NCBI GenBank assembly: GCA_951804945.1
Contig: OX638157.1
Span: 22,072,001 to 22,136,000 of the forward strand
DNA from: Podarcis cretensis
Taxonomy: Eukaryota
DNA length: 64,000 nucleotides
Direction: 5' to 3'
Both the position numbers and the translations under genes were made by a program. Positions 25,959 through 38,900 of this stretch are shown here, one piece after another. Under the pieces are notes generated by a model. The model saw only the letters and a program-made list of their open reading frames with translations. It searched no databases and was not told the origin of the DNA. Numbering within the stretch: the stretch's first letter is position 1; the number at the start of each line of letters is the position of its first letter.

Positions 25959-27675
25959 CGCCAGAGCTGTATCACTTCTGTAGGAGCACAAGTAAATTTC
26001 CCCAAGTGGACAGCCGTACCTTAAGAATACAAGCAAAACAACACATAGAGCTTAAAGATGCCCTTAGTACATAACAATGTGTTCGTTGCACCATATAAAC
26101 TGTCTCCCTGAACTGAAAAGCAGTGATTCCCCCCCCCCCCTTCATTTCTTCTGGTTTGTGTAAGCCTGTCACTACATAGTGAGTCACAGACTTCCTACCA
26201 CTGAATTTTTCTACTGTCACTCCTCTTCTTATAAGGCTTCACTTTCCAATAAACGAACTGGCTGACATGTGAGACATCCCAGTTGGTCGTTGTTGTTTAA
26301 ACATAGAAATCCAATGGCTGTTTGCAGGCTCAGATAACTTTCTCACTTGCTCAGACGGGTGCGACACACAATAAGTGATATTAATTTGCAAAAGAGAGAG
26401 ACATATTTGGCACTGATGCTGCTCCCAACCTCGTCCCCCTCTGTAATATCTAGCTCATTTTACCCATACTTTAATGTTATCACTATATATACAATTCCTT
26501 GCCCCAACTTTTTATCACTGACCACCACTGGTGGGCCTGGAGAAACCCAGTGCGTAGTATAGTCAGGACTAGATGTTCTGGAACTGAGTGGGGGAACCTG
26601 ACATTTTCAGCAGCAGCCCCTGCTCTTTGCAACATGCAGTTCTGCCCTTGTCTTTTGTTCAAGAGATATCTTCGTTATTTCTTGTGCCCATTCACCGTGG
26701 CTTCTCATTAATGTGTTGAATCATTTCCTTCATATTCTTCAGTGGGTGTTTTCATTTCTTTTGTGGTTATAGCCTACAACAGTGAAAGGACTTCCATCTG
26801 GCTAGCTTTCTTTTCCTTTTTGTCACTGACTAATTGAGTGACCTCAGGCAAGAATCCCATTTTTCCAAGTATCTCAGCATATTTATCCATGTGACAGATT
26901 ACATATCATAATATTGATTTACCACTCAAAGATACTATGAGACTAAATTAAAGTGTTTTGTGTTGATTCAATTGAAGGCTTCTGGAAAATGCACAATATC
27001 TTTTATGATGAAGGCTCCACATGGTAATGGTCATTAAATTGTGACCACAACAACTGTAGCATTGTTAAATGCAATTATTTAGAATTTGACATAGCCACCT
27101 ATTGCCAAGATTTACACTTCTCTTCTGTGTCAGAGCAAGTCAACAACTGATGGCAATTCCCTCCAATTCCCAGAATGCAACCTTCCTTCCATTCTTCTCT
27201 TCATACTGTCTGAAACTGTTTCTTAAGCAATGGAAGGAAATAGTAAATATGAAGAAATGAAGGGTTTCCTTTGTTGCTATCCCAGTCAGTGTTGATTAAG
27301 TAGGTGTGTGTGTAGAGATTGACTATGTGCCCTCGCTCCCAGTAAGCACTTGCCTGGGCTATCTAGAATAAGCACACACGGCTACTGACACACAGTAACT
27401 TTGAATTAGTTCAAATAGTGGCCCTATTCTGAAACTGAGTCCAATATGTGGACATCAGGGAGGTTCCAGTGAAGTACAGGCACAACTAGTTTTTGAGAGA
27501 CGGAGTAATGTTCCAAGAGATTTTGTCAATTTATTTCTTTAGCAAATGGGATCACGTAAGTTACAGGAAGCTGCCAAGCCAGACACTGGCCCCTGTAGAC
27601 CACTATTATCTACATTAACTTGCAACAACTCTCCCCAAGGATTCAGACAGGGGTGTCTCTCTGCCCTACCTGGAG

Positions 27676-28537
27676 ATGATGATGATGATAATAATTTTAT
27701 TAATTTTACTCCATCCATCTGGCTGGGTTTCCCCAGCCACTTTGGGTGACTTACAGCACATTAAATATTGCAAAACATCAGACATCATAAATTTCCTGAT
27801 AAATTTCCTTTCACATGTCTTCTAAAAGTCAGATAGTTGTTTATTTCCTAGACATCTGATGGGAAAGTATTCCACAGGGCGGGTGCCACTACCAAGAAGG
27901 CCCTCTGCCTGGTTCCTTGTAACCTCACTTCCCGTAGTGAGGGAACTGCCATAAGACCCATGGAGCTGGACCTCACTGTCCGGGCTGAACAATGGGGGTG
28001 GAGACGCTCCTTCAGATATACTGGGCCGAGGTCCTTTAGGGCTTTAAAGGTCAGCACCAACACTTTGAATTGTGCTTGGAAACATATTGGGAGCCAATGT
28101 AGGTCTTTTAGTACTGCTGTTATATGGTCTCGACAGCCACTCCCAGTCACCAGTCTAGCTTCCGCATTCTGGATTAGTTGTAGTTTCTGAGTCATCATCA
28201 AAGGTAGCCCCACATCGAGCACATTGTAGTAGTCCAAGCAGGAGATAACCAGAGCATGCACCAATCTGGTGAGACAGTCTGCGGGCAGATAGGGTCTCAG
28301 CCTGCATACCAGATGGAGCTGGTAGACATCTGCCCTGGACACAGAATTGACCTGCGCCTCCAGAATGACTTCCCGTCTGTGTACTTGGTCCTTCAGGGGC
28401 ACAGTTACCCTATTCAGGACCAGGGAATCTCCCACACCCGCTCGCCCCCTGTCCCCCTAAAACAGTACTTCTGTCTTGTCAGGATTCAACCTCAATCTGT
28501 TAGCCGCCATCCATCCTCCAACCACCTCTAGACACTC
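27676..28537 (-). mobile_element. L2 LINE 3' portion, nested in an older tRNA-derived SINE
   Basis: ORF 27848-28435 is L2 ORF2 C-terminus, homologous to 34783-35780. Flanks ccctacctggagatg / agatgttgtagactgaacccagg...tagccc join into one SINE-like element. Confidence 0.9.
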
Positions 28538-28640
28538 CAGATGTTGTAGACTGAACCCAGGATCTTTTTCATGCAAAGTACTTGCTTCATCACTGAACTG
28601 TAGCCCTTACTAAAATTTAAGGAGCAGAACATTTCAATTG

Positions 28641-28758
28641 GCCTGGGATAGCTCAGTAGGTAAAGCATGAAACTCTTAATCTCAGTGTCATGAGTCTGAG
28701 CCCCATTTTGGGCAAAAGATTCCTGCATTGCATGGACCTTGTGGTCCCTTCCAACTCT
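28641..28758 (+). mobile_element. tRNA-Lys(CTT)-derived SINE with CR1-like tail (Squam2-like), internally deleted
   Basis: gcctgggatagctcagtaggtaaagcatgaaactcttaatctcag...agccccattttgggca resembles tRNA-Lys-CTT and is followed by ggtcccttccaactct. Confidence 0.75.
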
Positions 28759-29908
28759 TGCTGTTAAATGGTCACATATCTAAAGGACACACAAAGTAGC
28801 TGTCTGCTTCTGCCTGATTTTTATATATATATACTAATCTGTTATCAGAGAATCACATGAAGAACATGAAAGTTTCTTTTTACCATCTGCTGAATATTTC
28901 CCAATTACACTACTGTTTTGTTTTGTCATCTGCATGCTCATTCATCATCTCTAGGATTCATTACCAAAGCATATACTACCAATTTCTTAACGTGACAATA
29001 TGATAATATTCATACTTGCCATGTTTTCCTTCCAAATGGCTCACCCACCTTGTCTTTGTCCATTAACCTTACCTTGTTTGAGAAACTGAGGGTATCTTTT
29101 TTGCAATTAGGCATATAATTAGGATTCATTTGGGTGTCTTTCAATGACGGGAAATTTCTGCATGGGCCTGATTACCTCAAATATTTACCCAGAATTCCCG
29201 AGATTGACAAAATCCCCACCTGTCATGGTGTATTTGAGAGGAAGCATGACCAATACTTCTTGGGACCCTGGTAGAAGTGTAATGTGACCAGTCTCTTAAT
29301 CCTGGCTGAGAAATCTGGTATATGGCATGGAGTTGAAATTGAATTGATTAAAGGCTAACCTTAGTTAGAATGAACCATGAATAGTGCTGGTGTAGCTCAG
29401 GGATGCAAAATCTATGGGATGCCTGACATTGCAGGACTACAACTTCTGACCACTGGCCATTCTGGCTGGGGCTGATGGGAGCTGGGAGCTGTAATCATTT
29501 CAACAACTTCTGGAAGGCCACATACACTGATTCTCACTTGTTATTTTGATACCCACTATCATTCCAGTTACATAAGCGGGTAGATTTAACCCCTAAAGTG
29601 ACACACTTGTTTTCTATGTGCTGCAAGTCTTTCATACAGGGAAGCACTGACATACACAAACTACCATTGAAGGAATGGGTTTCCCAAACCCAAAACTGAC
29701 TGTGCAGGCAGTTTGAAACGGGCACCAAAATCCCTATTTTTCCTTACCTAAAATCCATTAACTTGAGCTCTGAGTCAATGTATAAACAAAAACCTGGCTG
29801 TATAAACAAGTGCTCAGAGCCCTCTCCTTTATCAGTTCGTGATGGCAAGGATGACCTTGGCTGTTTCAGTGGAGTAGGGATGACATGTCTAGGTCTTATC
29901 TTACGTTC

Positions 29909-30342
29909 TGATGCACAGACTAGTCCGGGAACAGCGCCAGAGTGTGTTCTTGGATTTGGTGACCTCTTGCTCCAAGATAAGAGTAGGAACAGGAATACCC
30001 TTTTATGGTCAGAAGTACAGGAAGGAATACCCCTTTATGGTCAGAAGTACAGGAAGGAATACCCTTTTATGGTTAAGAATACTGGAGCAGGAACATATGT
30101 GATGTCAACCTGTGTGTATAGTTGGATTCCTGGGGAAGGAGGGAGAGGGTGCCTGGAGGATATATATACTGCATGAAATTTCTCATTTCTTTGGACTTGC
30201 TGTGGACACACCACACAGGTGCCTTTCTGCTGTTCCAGAGAGCAGAAATAAAGAACTCTTTCTCTGAACCAACCCTCGGTGTCATTTGACTTCCTTCCTC
30301 CTGTCCGGGAGCAACGCAGACCCAATCGGTGAACTCCAATAA
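29909..30342 (+). mobile_element. Probable solo LTR (ERV-like); boundaries approximate
   Basis: In order: 32-bp tandem repeats, TGATGTCA (30100-30107), TATATATA (30161-30168), AATAAA (30247-30252), then a CpG-containing U5-like tail. No clean TSD found. Confidence 0.5.
29991..30086 (+). repeat. 32-bp tandem repeat x3
   Basis: aggaatacccttttatggtcagaagtacagga at 29991, 30023 and (diverged) 30055. Confidence 0.9.
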
Positions 30343-30370
30343 GGCTACACCATTACCCCAGTATGAAGTA

Positions 30371-30519
30371 TAGAATCATAGAATTGTAGAGTATGAAGGG
30401 ACCATGAGAGTCATCTGTTTCAACCCCCTGCAATGCAGGAATCTGTTGCCCAACATGGAGCTCAAACCCACAACCCTGAGGTTAAGAGTCTCATGCTCTA
30501 CTGACTGGGCTATCTCAGT
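30371..30519 (-). mobile_element. tRNA-Lys(CTT)-derived SINE with CR1-like ttctatgattcta tail
   Basis: Reverse-complement homolog of 28641-28758. Confidence 0.8.
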
Positions 30520-30803
30520 CCCAATAAGCATTGCACCAGTCACTCACTGTCAAGCATATCAGATTGGTTAAGGAATGTGCAGTAGTACATGTAGTACTCC
30601 ATTTTCCAATTATAAGAACAATTAGGAAAATGTGTATTTTTACCTTTTTTCCAAAAATCCCAGGACATTATCTGACTCATAATAGCCAGTGTTTCAACTC
30701 AGAGCGTGCCAGAGCACAAATGGAACAGAATGTTGGGCTGTGGGATTTCTGTTTCCCTTTAATACACTTGAAGACTGATGGAAAGGGTTTTTCAGTGGCA
30801 AGT

Positions 30804-30805
<2 letters not shown>

Positions 30806-30844
<39 letters not shown>
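30806..30844. repeat. (TG)n microsatellite
   Basis: Direct reading. Confidence 0.95.
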
Positions 30845-30848
<4 letters not shown>

Positions 30849-32207
30849 ACAATGTAGCCTGTATTTACTAGCCAGTACACAGACAAATTGTTAGTAGCTG
30901 TTCTTACACCGTATAGCTCACTATATGAAATTCAAGAGACTTCTCTGAACTGTTTTCTGCCTGGAAGTCAGCCTGGAAATTTCTGGACATCAGCCTCTTT
31001 CGCAAGGCTTCCAGTAGAGGATCTATGGTGGGAAACTGCATGAAAACACTCTCACTACCAGCTGGCATTTCAAGCCTTGAGGTTTTGGATGACTAAGGAA
31101 TAAGGTCAGGCTGTGCAAATTTGAGGACTTCAAAACTACTTCAAGTTTGGCTCCCATCTTTGTATCTTTCTCCCCTACCAAACATTGCTTTAAAATCCTT
31201 TGCCATTTCTTCAAAGACTCAGACAGCCCGACATTCTTTGTAATTGTGGGATGAACAGGTACAAAGGGAAATGAAAGAGCTTTGTGTGTGCACATGCACC
31301 AACGAAAGCAAGATACAAGATATTCTCCAAATATTTTAGAAGTTGTAATCCGATGGGGATGATAATAGTCTGATCTGAACTTAAAGCCCTACTTAACTCA
31401 AAAAGGCAAATGCAGCTAATGGGGGCAGGGGGAGAGACAAACACTTGATCCTCAAAACTCCCTAGAAGCACAAGATATAAAACATTTATATACCGGGCTT
31501 TGTCCTTTTGGATTTTAGTGTGGAGTGTAGCATACAATCAGTACAATAAAATACAGCAACGATATAAGCATCTGACAAGACCCTTAAAACCACCATGACA
31601 TTTCCACAGGTTAATGTGACTGAGTAAATTAGAAGTCACTGAATTGGTCAAGCTCTGATGGACTGTTAGTGCTGCCTGAAACCTGTTATGAGTACAGCCT
31701 TCTGGTGATTTTAATGTTGTGTTCTTTATTATGCGACTTGACTGCATTTTGCATGCGGCCATGGCATTTCCTGTGTAGCTATTGTATGTGCCCTGGGATG
31801 ATTCTAATGAATAAGCCCAATGAATAAATAACAGTTTATTTAATTATTCCACCTGGTGCCAAAAAGATGGAAGTTTTGGTGGCAGGAAGATGTATTTGGG
31901 AAGAGCATTCAACAACCAGGGCACCATTGTCGAAAATGTCCTCTCCCTTGAAGCTGAATGGCATACCCTGAAAGGAGACGGCATAGAGCGAAAGACCATG
32001 GAAGAGGATCTAAGAGCACAGGCCAGTTTGCAAGGGCAGTACTATATATATATAAAACCCATACAATTGAACTGGGAGCTTACCAGAGGAAAAACCACTG
32101 TGGACAGAGCATTATTTTTCTGTTGGCTAAGCAAAGGTTCTCCACTTCTGAAAAATGTAGACCCCTCAGCTACACAACTACCTATCTACCAAGAGCCCAT
32201 ATATCCC

Positions 32208-32633
32208 CAACAGCAGCAAGAATGCTACTAGCCCAGAGATGAAAGGAAGGAGAAATACCAACAAAAGAAACATGGCAGATGAAACTGATGGAGTATGTGG
32301 AGATGGCGAAACTGACCAGGAAGATCTGAAACCAGGAAGATCAAGTATTTTCTAAAGACTGGAGTAAATTTGTAATTTATTTAAAAGACCACTGTAAACA
32401 GTTAAAATCTTTGGCAGGGGTGTAATGATACTTGTAATGTGGAATTATTTATGGTAATTATGTTTATATAACAGATGGATAATGGTAAAAGATGCATCAA
32501 ATTTAAATTTAAATATGGAGGGAGGGAAGGTCTGAAGGTGCAAAAGAATCTTGTATTTTAATGTTTGAAATGGTTATGTTTTATATGTATAAAATTATCA
32601 AAAACTCAGTAAAAAATTATAGAAAAGAAAAAA
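32208..32633 (+). mobile_element. L1 LINE 3' fragment
   Basis: Translates TAARMLLAQR*KEGEIPTKETWQMKLMEYVEMAKLTRKI*NQEDQVFSKDWSKFVIYLK..., resembling a reptile L1 ORF2 C-terminus, followed by an AT-rich UTR and A-rich tail. Confidence 0.7.
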
Positions 32634-33131
32634 TAACTCGTATATTCCCCTTGTTTTGCTGCTTGCCTGGGATTGTCAGGAGCCAGGTATGCTATAATAC
32701 ATGGCTAATTAGTACAAATCAGAAGTCCTTGTTTGAGTTCTTGCCACAAACTCACCATGTGATCTTGTGAAGGGGGCACCACATCCTAGCCTCATGGCAT
32801 ACAATATTAGAAAAATAATGCTCTCCTTTCAGGGCTGTTTGAAGGATGACAGCAACACTGATAAGGCATATATGAAGACCGCCCAAAAGCACTGTGTTAA
32901 ATATTATGGGTCACAAGTTGTGCAGGCTAGCAGTAGCACAAATAGGAAGTGCTTCCTTCATTTCATCATCTTTCTAATCTGTATGCTTTAATCAAGTGTG
33001 TCATTATCTAGCTTCCTTCCCACAACCTGCCCAAAAGAGGGAGTAAAAAAGAAAACAGAAAAAGTCCTAATAAGAAAACTGCAAAATTTGCAAGCCAAAC
33101 CAGAATAAACAAAACCTAACATCTTCACTTA

Positions 33132-33496
33132 GGGGACGCAGGTGGCGCTGTGGGTTAAAGCCTCAGCGCCTAGGACTTGCCGATTGAAAGGTCGGCGGTT
33201 CGAATCCCTGTGGCAGGGTGCGCTCCCGCTGCTCGGTCCCAGCGCCTGCCAACCTAGCAGGTCGAAAGCACCTCCGGGTGCAAGTAGATAAATAGGGACC
33301 GCTTACCAGCGGGAAGGTAAACGGCGTTTCCGTGTGCGGCTCTGGCTCGCCAGATGCAGCTTTGTCACGCTGGCCACGTGACCCGGAAGTGTCTCCGGAC
33401 AGCGCTGGCCCCTGGCCTCTTAAGTGAGATGGGCGCACAACCCCAGAGTCTGTCAAGACTGGCCTGTACGGGCAGGGGTACCTTTACCTTTACCTT
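33132..33496 (+). mobile_element. Sauria SINE
   Basis: ggggacgcaggtggcgctgtggg head, ACCTTT tail, and 15-bp TSD taacatcttcactta at 33117-33131 / 33497-33511. Confidence 0.95.
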
Positions 33497-34782
33497 TAAC
33501 ATCTTCACTTAATGCATGGGAAAGGAGGGCATTTAAAAGTGTGTGTGTGTGTGTGTGTGTGTATTTCTTCAAGATTTTATTATGCTGTGCAGCATTTATT
33601 TATTTCTGCCATGTGTATTTAATAGAAGTTTGAAGTGCTTTATTTTCCATTCCAATGCATTATTAAATTTCTTCCACCCACCTTGCATAATTTCCAGGCC
33701 TTGCTCTTAACAATAGGGACATTTCCTTCATGCACTCTCAACCTGAAAGAAATTACTTGCAGCCTACATACAAGAATTCCACCCACCATGGAAAAAAAAG
33801 AGCTGGAAGGAACTTTCAGTTCAAGCCCTCAAAGAAAATTTGGATAGAGTCTACGTAACATAGCCTCAAACGGCAGAAGGCTAAAACAATGTAAAATTCA
33901 ACAAGGCTAAGAAGAACCAGTGTGGACCATATAAGCCTTGTTTTCTCCCATTCTGTATGCAAGAATGACTTCAATGCGTGAGGAGACCCAACTGGATTCA
34001 AAGGGGATCACAATTTGAACAGGAGCTAGCAAGTTGAAAGGAAAGAAATCAAACTGCATTTCAGATTTGACTTACAGTGTAGCTTAGTACAAAAGGTGGC
34101 AGGAAGGTATGGAGTAGAAAGTTGGGACTTGCCATGTTCTTCTGGTCAGAAGGGAGTAAGGTTAACTCCTCTTCAGGAAGAAGGCAGGGCCAATCAGGAA
34201 AAAAAAGACCATTTATGTCCTTCCTGTAAAGGAGGCACCTTCCAGTTTCACAGCTTGACTTCAGCACAAACATTGCTTATAGATAAAAGGCTATGGCCAG
34301 ATTAACTACTATTTTGTTGATGACAAATGTAAAGAATATGGGGAGCTAGGAAGTGGGAATCCAACAGTGTGTCCAACTAAGTCACTTGGAACAGCTAAGA
34401 AACACAACCTTGCTGCGCCAGTTCAAAATTTATGCTTTTATGGTGTTTTAATTTTTTTTAATTGTACTTTTTGGTGTGGTATTTTTCTTAGTGATTTTTT
34501 TCCCCTTGTAAATAAATGATTGTTGAAAGCCAGGGCCATAAATGGCCCCGAGAGCAACAAGGTGTTATGGCATGCCACCAGCAGTCACAGGGACACTGGT
34601 GTGTGTGTGTTTTCAATTTAAACGAGGAAAAGTAGGAAAAGGCCCCTTCTCAGAAATGTTAAGTCACAGGAGAAAAAAAAATGTTTGTGTGTGTGTGTGT
34701 GTGTGTGTGTTTATTATTAAGAAACCCTGAACATGTAAGTGGAAATGAGACAGAGCAAACTGATGGAGCACTCATTGGAGTT

Positions 34783-35779
34783 GCTTTTCAACATCTACAT
34801 GCAGCCGCTGGGAGAGATCATCAGGAGGTTTGGGCTGGGTGTTCATCAGTATGCGGATGATACCCAGCTCTACCTCTCTTTTAAATCAGAACCAGTGAAG
34901 GCGGTGAAGGTCCTGTGTGAGTGTCTGGAGGCGGTTGGAGGATGGATGGCGGCTAACAGATTGAGGTTGAATCCTGACAAGACAGAAGTACTGTTTTGGG
35001 GGGACAGGAGGCGGGCAGGTGTGGAGGATTCCCTGGTCCTGAATGGGGTAACTGTGCCCCTGAAGGACCAGGTGCGCAGCCTGGGAGTCATTTTGGACTC
35101 ACAGCTGTCCATGGAGGCACAGGTCAAATCTGTGTCCAGGGCAGCTGTTTACCAGCTCCATCTGGTATGTAGGCTGAGACCCTATCTGCCTGCGGACTGT
35201 CTTGCCAGAGTAGTGCATGCTCTGGTTATCTCCCGCTTGGACTACTGCAATGCACTCTATGTGGGGCTACCTTTGAAGGTGACTCGGAAACTACAACTAA
35301 TCCAGAATGCGGCAGCTAGAGACCATATAACACCGGTCTTGAAAGACCTACATTGGCTCCCAGTACGTTTCCGAGCACAATTCAAAGTGTTGGTGCTGAC
35401 CTTTAAAGCCCTAAACGGCCTCGGCCCAGTATACCTGAAGGAGCGTCTCCACCCCCATCATTCTGCCCGGACACTGAGGTCTAGCGCCGAGGGCCTTCTG
35501 GCGGTTCCCTCATTGCGAGAAGCAAAGCTATAGGGAACTAGGCAGAGGGCCTTCTCGGTAGTGGCACCCGCCCTGTGGAACGCCCTTCCAGCAGATGTCA
35601 AATCGATAAACAACTACCTGACATTCAGAAGACATCTTAAGGCAGCCCTGTTCAGGGAAGTTTTTAACGTTTGATATTTTACTGTATTTTTGGTTTCTAT
35701 GGAAGCTGCCCAGAGTGGCTGGGGAGGCCCAGCCAGATGGGCGGGGTATAAATAATAAATTATTATTATTATTATTATT
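34783..35779 (+). mobile_element. 5'-truncated young L2 LINE
   Basis: Open frame with LFNIYMQPL, YADDTQLY, LNPDKTE, SRLDYCN and LHWLP, ending in a (TAT)n tail. Has an in-frame 24-bp deletion (LVTGSGCR) relative to the 27.7-28.5 kb copy. Confidence 0.93.
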
Positions 35780-36289
35780 GGAAAGGGGAACAGAATGGGA
35801 GTAGACTGGTGAACCCATCCATAGCAACTGCTGAGAAGGTTCTGTCCTTGGTACCTGTTAACCATATTGTTATAATGGTGGACCTGATGGCATAGCATGA
35901 TATCCAGATAGGTTCATTAGGGTATATGTGGTCCTTCAAATAGCCTGTCCCCAAACCAAAAAGACCTGTAAAAGTTAAGACGAGTACTTTGAATTTAGCT
36001 CAGGAGCAAACAGGTATGTATTATAAGTTGGGTGTTACATGCACAGATCACTTATCCCCACCAGATGTCTGGCATCTGCAATCTGTATCTGCTGAAGATT
36101 CTTGACTGTTTTCAGAGGCAGCCCCCACACAGAGTCTGGAAGCAACCAGTGTGTGTATGATTGTAGCCAAATCTGCTTTCTTTGGGTGGCATCCTGCTTT
36201 ACGGACATTCTCCACAAACTAACGAAAATCATACCCTGGTACGGCATTTGCTGTCTTGCTGTCTTATCGTAAAGCTTGTTATCTACTAT

Positions 36290-36867
36290 TGTTGTTGTTG
36301 TTTAGTCGTTTAGTCGTGCCCGACTCTTCGTGACCCCATGGACCAGAGAACGCCAGGCACTCCTGTCCTCCACTGCCCCCCGCAGCTTGGTCAGACTCAT
36401 GCTGGTAACCTCGAAAACACTATCCAACCATCTCGTCCTCTGTCGCCCCCTTCTCCTTGTGCCCTCCATCTTTCCCAACATCAGGGTCTTCTCCAGGGAG
36501 TCTTCTCTTCTCATGAGGTGGCCAAAGTACTGGAGCCTCAGCTTCACAATCTGTCCTTCCAGTGAGCACTCAGGGCTGATTTCCTTCAGAATGGAGAGGT
36601 TTGATCTTCTTGCAGTCCATGGGACTCTCAAGAGTCTCCTCCAGCACCATAATTCAAAAGCATCAATTCTTCGGCGATCAGCCTTCTTTATGGTCCAGCT
36701 CTCACTTCCATACATCACTACTGGGAAAACCATAGCTTTAACTATACGGACCTTTGTTGGCAAGGTGATGTCTCTACTTCTCAAGATGCTGTCTAGGCCT
36801 GTCATTGCCCTTCTCCCAAGAAGCAGGCGTCTTTTAATTTCGTGGCTGCTGTCACCATCTGCAGTGA
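36290..36867 (-). mobile_element. 5'-truncated BovB LINE
   Basis: ORF 36302-36805 is an uninterrupted BovB C-terminus. (CAA)n tail. TSD ttatctactat at 36279-36289 / 36868-36878. Confidence 0.95.
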
Positions 36868-38077
36868 TTATCTACTATATATACCATCAAACTCTAAACA
36901 ATGCTACTGAATAGCTAACTATTCTCCATAGTGTTAGCTCCTCCCCAATTTGTATTCTTTGCATTTACCTCTGCTGAATTTCATTCCATTCAGTTCTCCA
37001 TTTTGTCAAGACAATTTCAAATCCTAATACTATCCTCAAGGGTATTTGCAGTATATCCTCCTTTTATGTCAACTGCAAATTCCCTAAAGTGCACAAGCTC
37101 TTTTTCTTTGGTAAAGTCGTTATCAAAAGCATTAAACAGGACTGGATACAGGTGCAGATTGTACAAGGAATATACAAGCTCTGGGTACCACGGTGGCTAA
37201 GCCTGAAATTGGACAGCATTAGTTTCAGATGGAATTATTCATATAAAGGTCTTTAACAAGTCTAAAACATAACTTATTAGACACTAATTCCTCCCCTATT
37301 CCATAACTAAATTTATTATCTTGGCTAATGTAGACATTGCCTTTATTTTGGTGGTCAAAATTTTTCACCTTCAGTACAGATAAGAAGCCAGACATATAAT
37401 TAACCCAAAGCAATAGCAACAATTTATGCTACAGACAACATTAAAGATCACACATTTTTAATTTCATAATAATAATTGTAATTCTCCCCTGCTGCTGCAA
37501 AGTGACAGTTTATAATAATTTAATTTGACTTAGTGCATTCAAAGGCAATGCATTGGGGTCTATTCAACGCTATTCTGAGGGAGGATAACTTAGTTGGAAA
37601 CAGCCCATTGTTTCTTGCCAAGTTGAAAGGACATCTTTTAAGAAAAGCATCTGCTAATCTCTTCCTAAAGGATGTCAAGCCATAAGATCTACCATTTCTC
37701 TTCTTAGCGGATCTCATCATTAAAGTGGATTATACTTGCTCCAGAAGATTAATTCTGCTATTGAACCTTCCCAAGGGGAATTTCACAAGCCCCTCAAGGA
37801 GCCAGCTGGGGTTGTGGGGAGACATTCAAACTCTTTCCTAAACTGTCAGCTTTTGTAAAATCTCTGGCTCTTTTATTTCAAGATTCCACATATAAAGATG
37901 TGCTCTTCAATTTTACGTATTTGAATATGCAGAAAATACACTAACAATCCAGTTGCTCAATAAGAAATAAGCCTGTCCTAAACTAAGGAGTCTGCTTGGC
38001 ACATAATTTTAATTTTAAAAACAAACTAATATTTTATCAGGACTATTTCATATGTTCAGATAACTATATTTCTACTA

Positions 38078-38315
38078 CAGTGGGACCTCAGGTTAAGTAC
38101 TTTGTTCCGGAGGTCCGTACTTAACCTGAAACTGTTTTTAACCTGAAGCACCACTTTAGCTAATGGGGCCTCCTGCTGCTGCCGTGCCACCAGAGCCCGA
38201 TTTCTGTTCTCATCCTGAGGCAAAGTTCTTAACCTGAAGCACTATTTCTGGGTTAGCGGAGTTTTTAACCTGAAGTGTATGTAACCTGAAGCGTATGTAA
38301 CCTGAGGTACCACTG
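38078..38315. mobile_element. Tigger-like MITE, family A
   Basis: TA|cagtgggacctcagg...cctgaggtaccactg|TA. Confidence 0.9.
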
Positions 38316-38804
38316 TATACCCATATTGGCCATGATCCCTTGGCTAAGCATATCCTATGTCTCCACAACAAAGTTTTGACAAGGGGCTTGAATATGAGGC
38401 TTTTTAACCTGGTTTAAGGGGTTTGCCCAAACACATTCCCTCCTATTACTGTTCCAATTACTATGTACTACAATGATCTATCATTGTTTAAGAGAATTTC
38501 CTCAAGATCACCCAGCACAGATTTAAATCCTTAGCTTGCTTTAGCTATTTTTAAGCAAAACATAGTCAAGCAAAAGAGGGTGCATAGAAAAAGCATGAGG
38601 CTGGTGAAAAGGAGTTCACCGACCAATTTGACAAAATCTCTTTTGACTGGACTCTAGAACTAGGCTGGCACAGTCAGTACAATCAGTAACCACTAGTTTG
38701 TGATGTCAGGCAAATTCAGCACTGGCTGCAAACAATGGATGTGATAGAACTACCCTGACTGATTTTAGTTAAGCCCTAGTGACTGAATCTTGCAATGTTA
38801 TCTG

Positions 38805-38811
38805 TCATCTA

Positions 38812-38855
<44 letters not shown>

Positions 38856-38900
38856 ATCTATCTATCTATCTATCTATCTATCATATATCTATATCTATCT
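38805..38900. repeat. (ATCT)n microsatellite
   Basis: Direct reading. Confidence 0.95.

Noticed and set aside
28641-28713. tRNA-Lys(CTT) gene
   Set aside because: The B box and stems are degenerate, and the sequence continues into a CR1-like SINE tail with a second copy at 30371-30519. It is a SINE head.
29991-30086. CRISPR-like array of 32-bp repeats
   Set aside because: The repeats are directly adjacent with no unique spacers, there are no cas genes, and the context is eukaryotic.
34739-35533. 264-aa ORF as a host gene
   Set aside because: It is the RT C-terminal part of a 5'-truncated L2, with an N-terminus read from flanking DNA.
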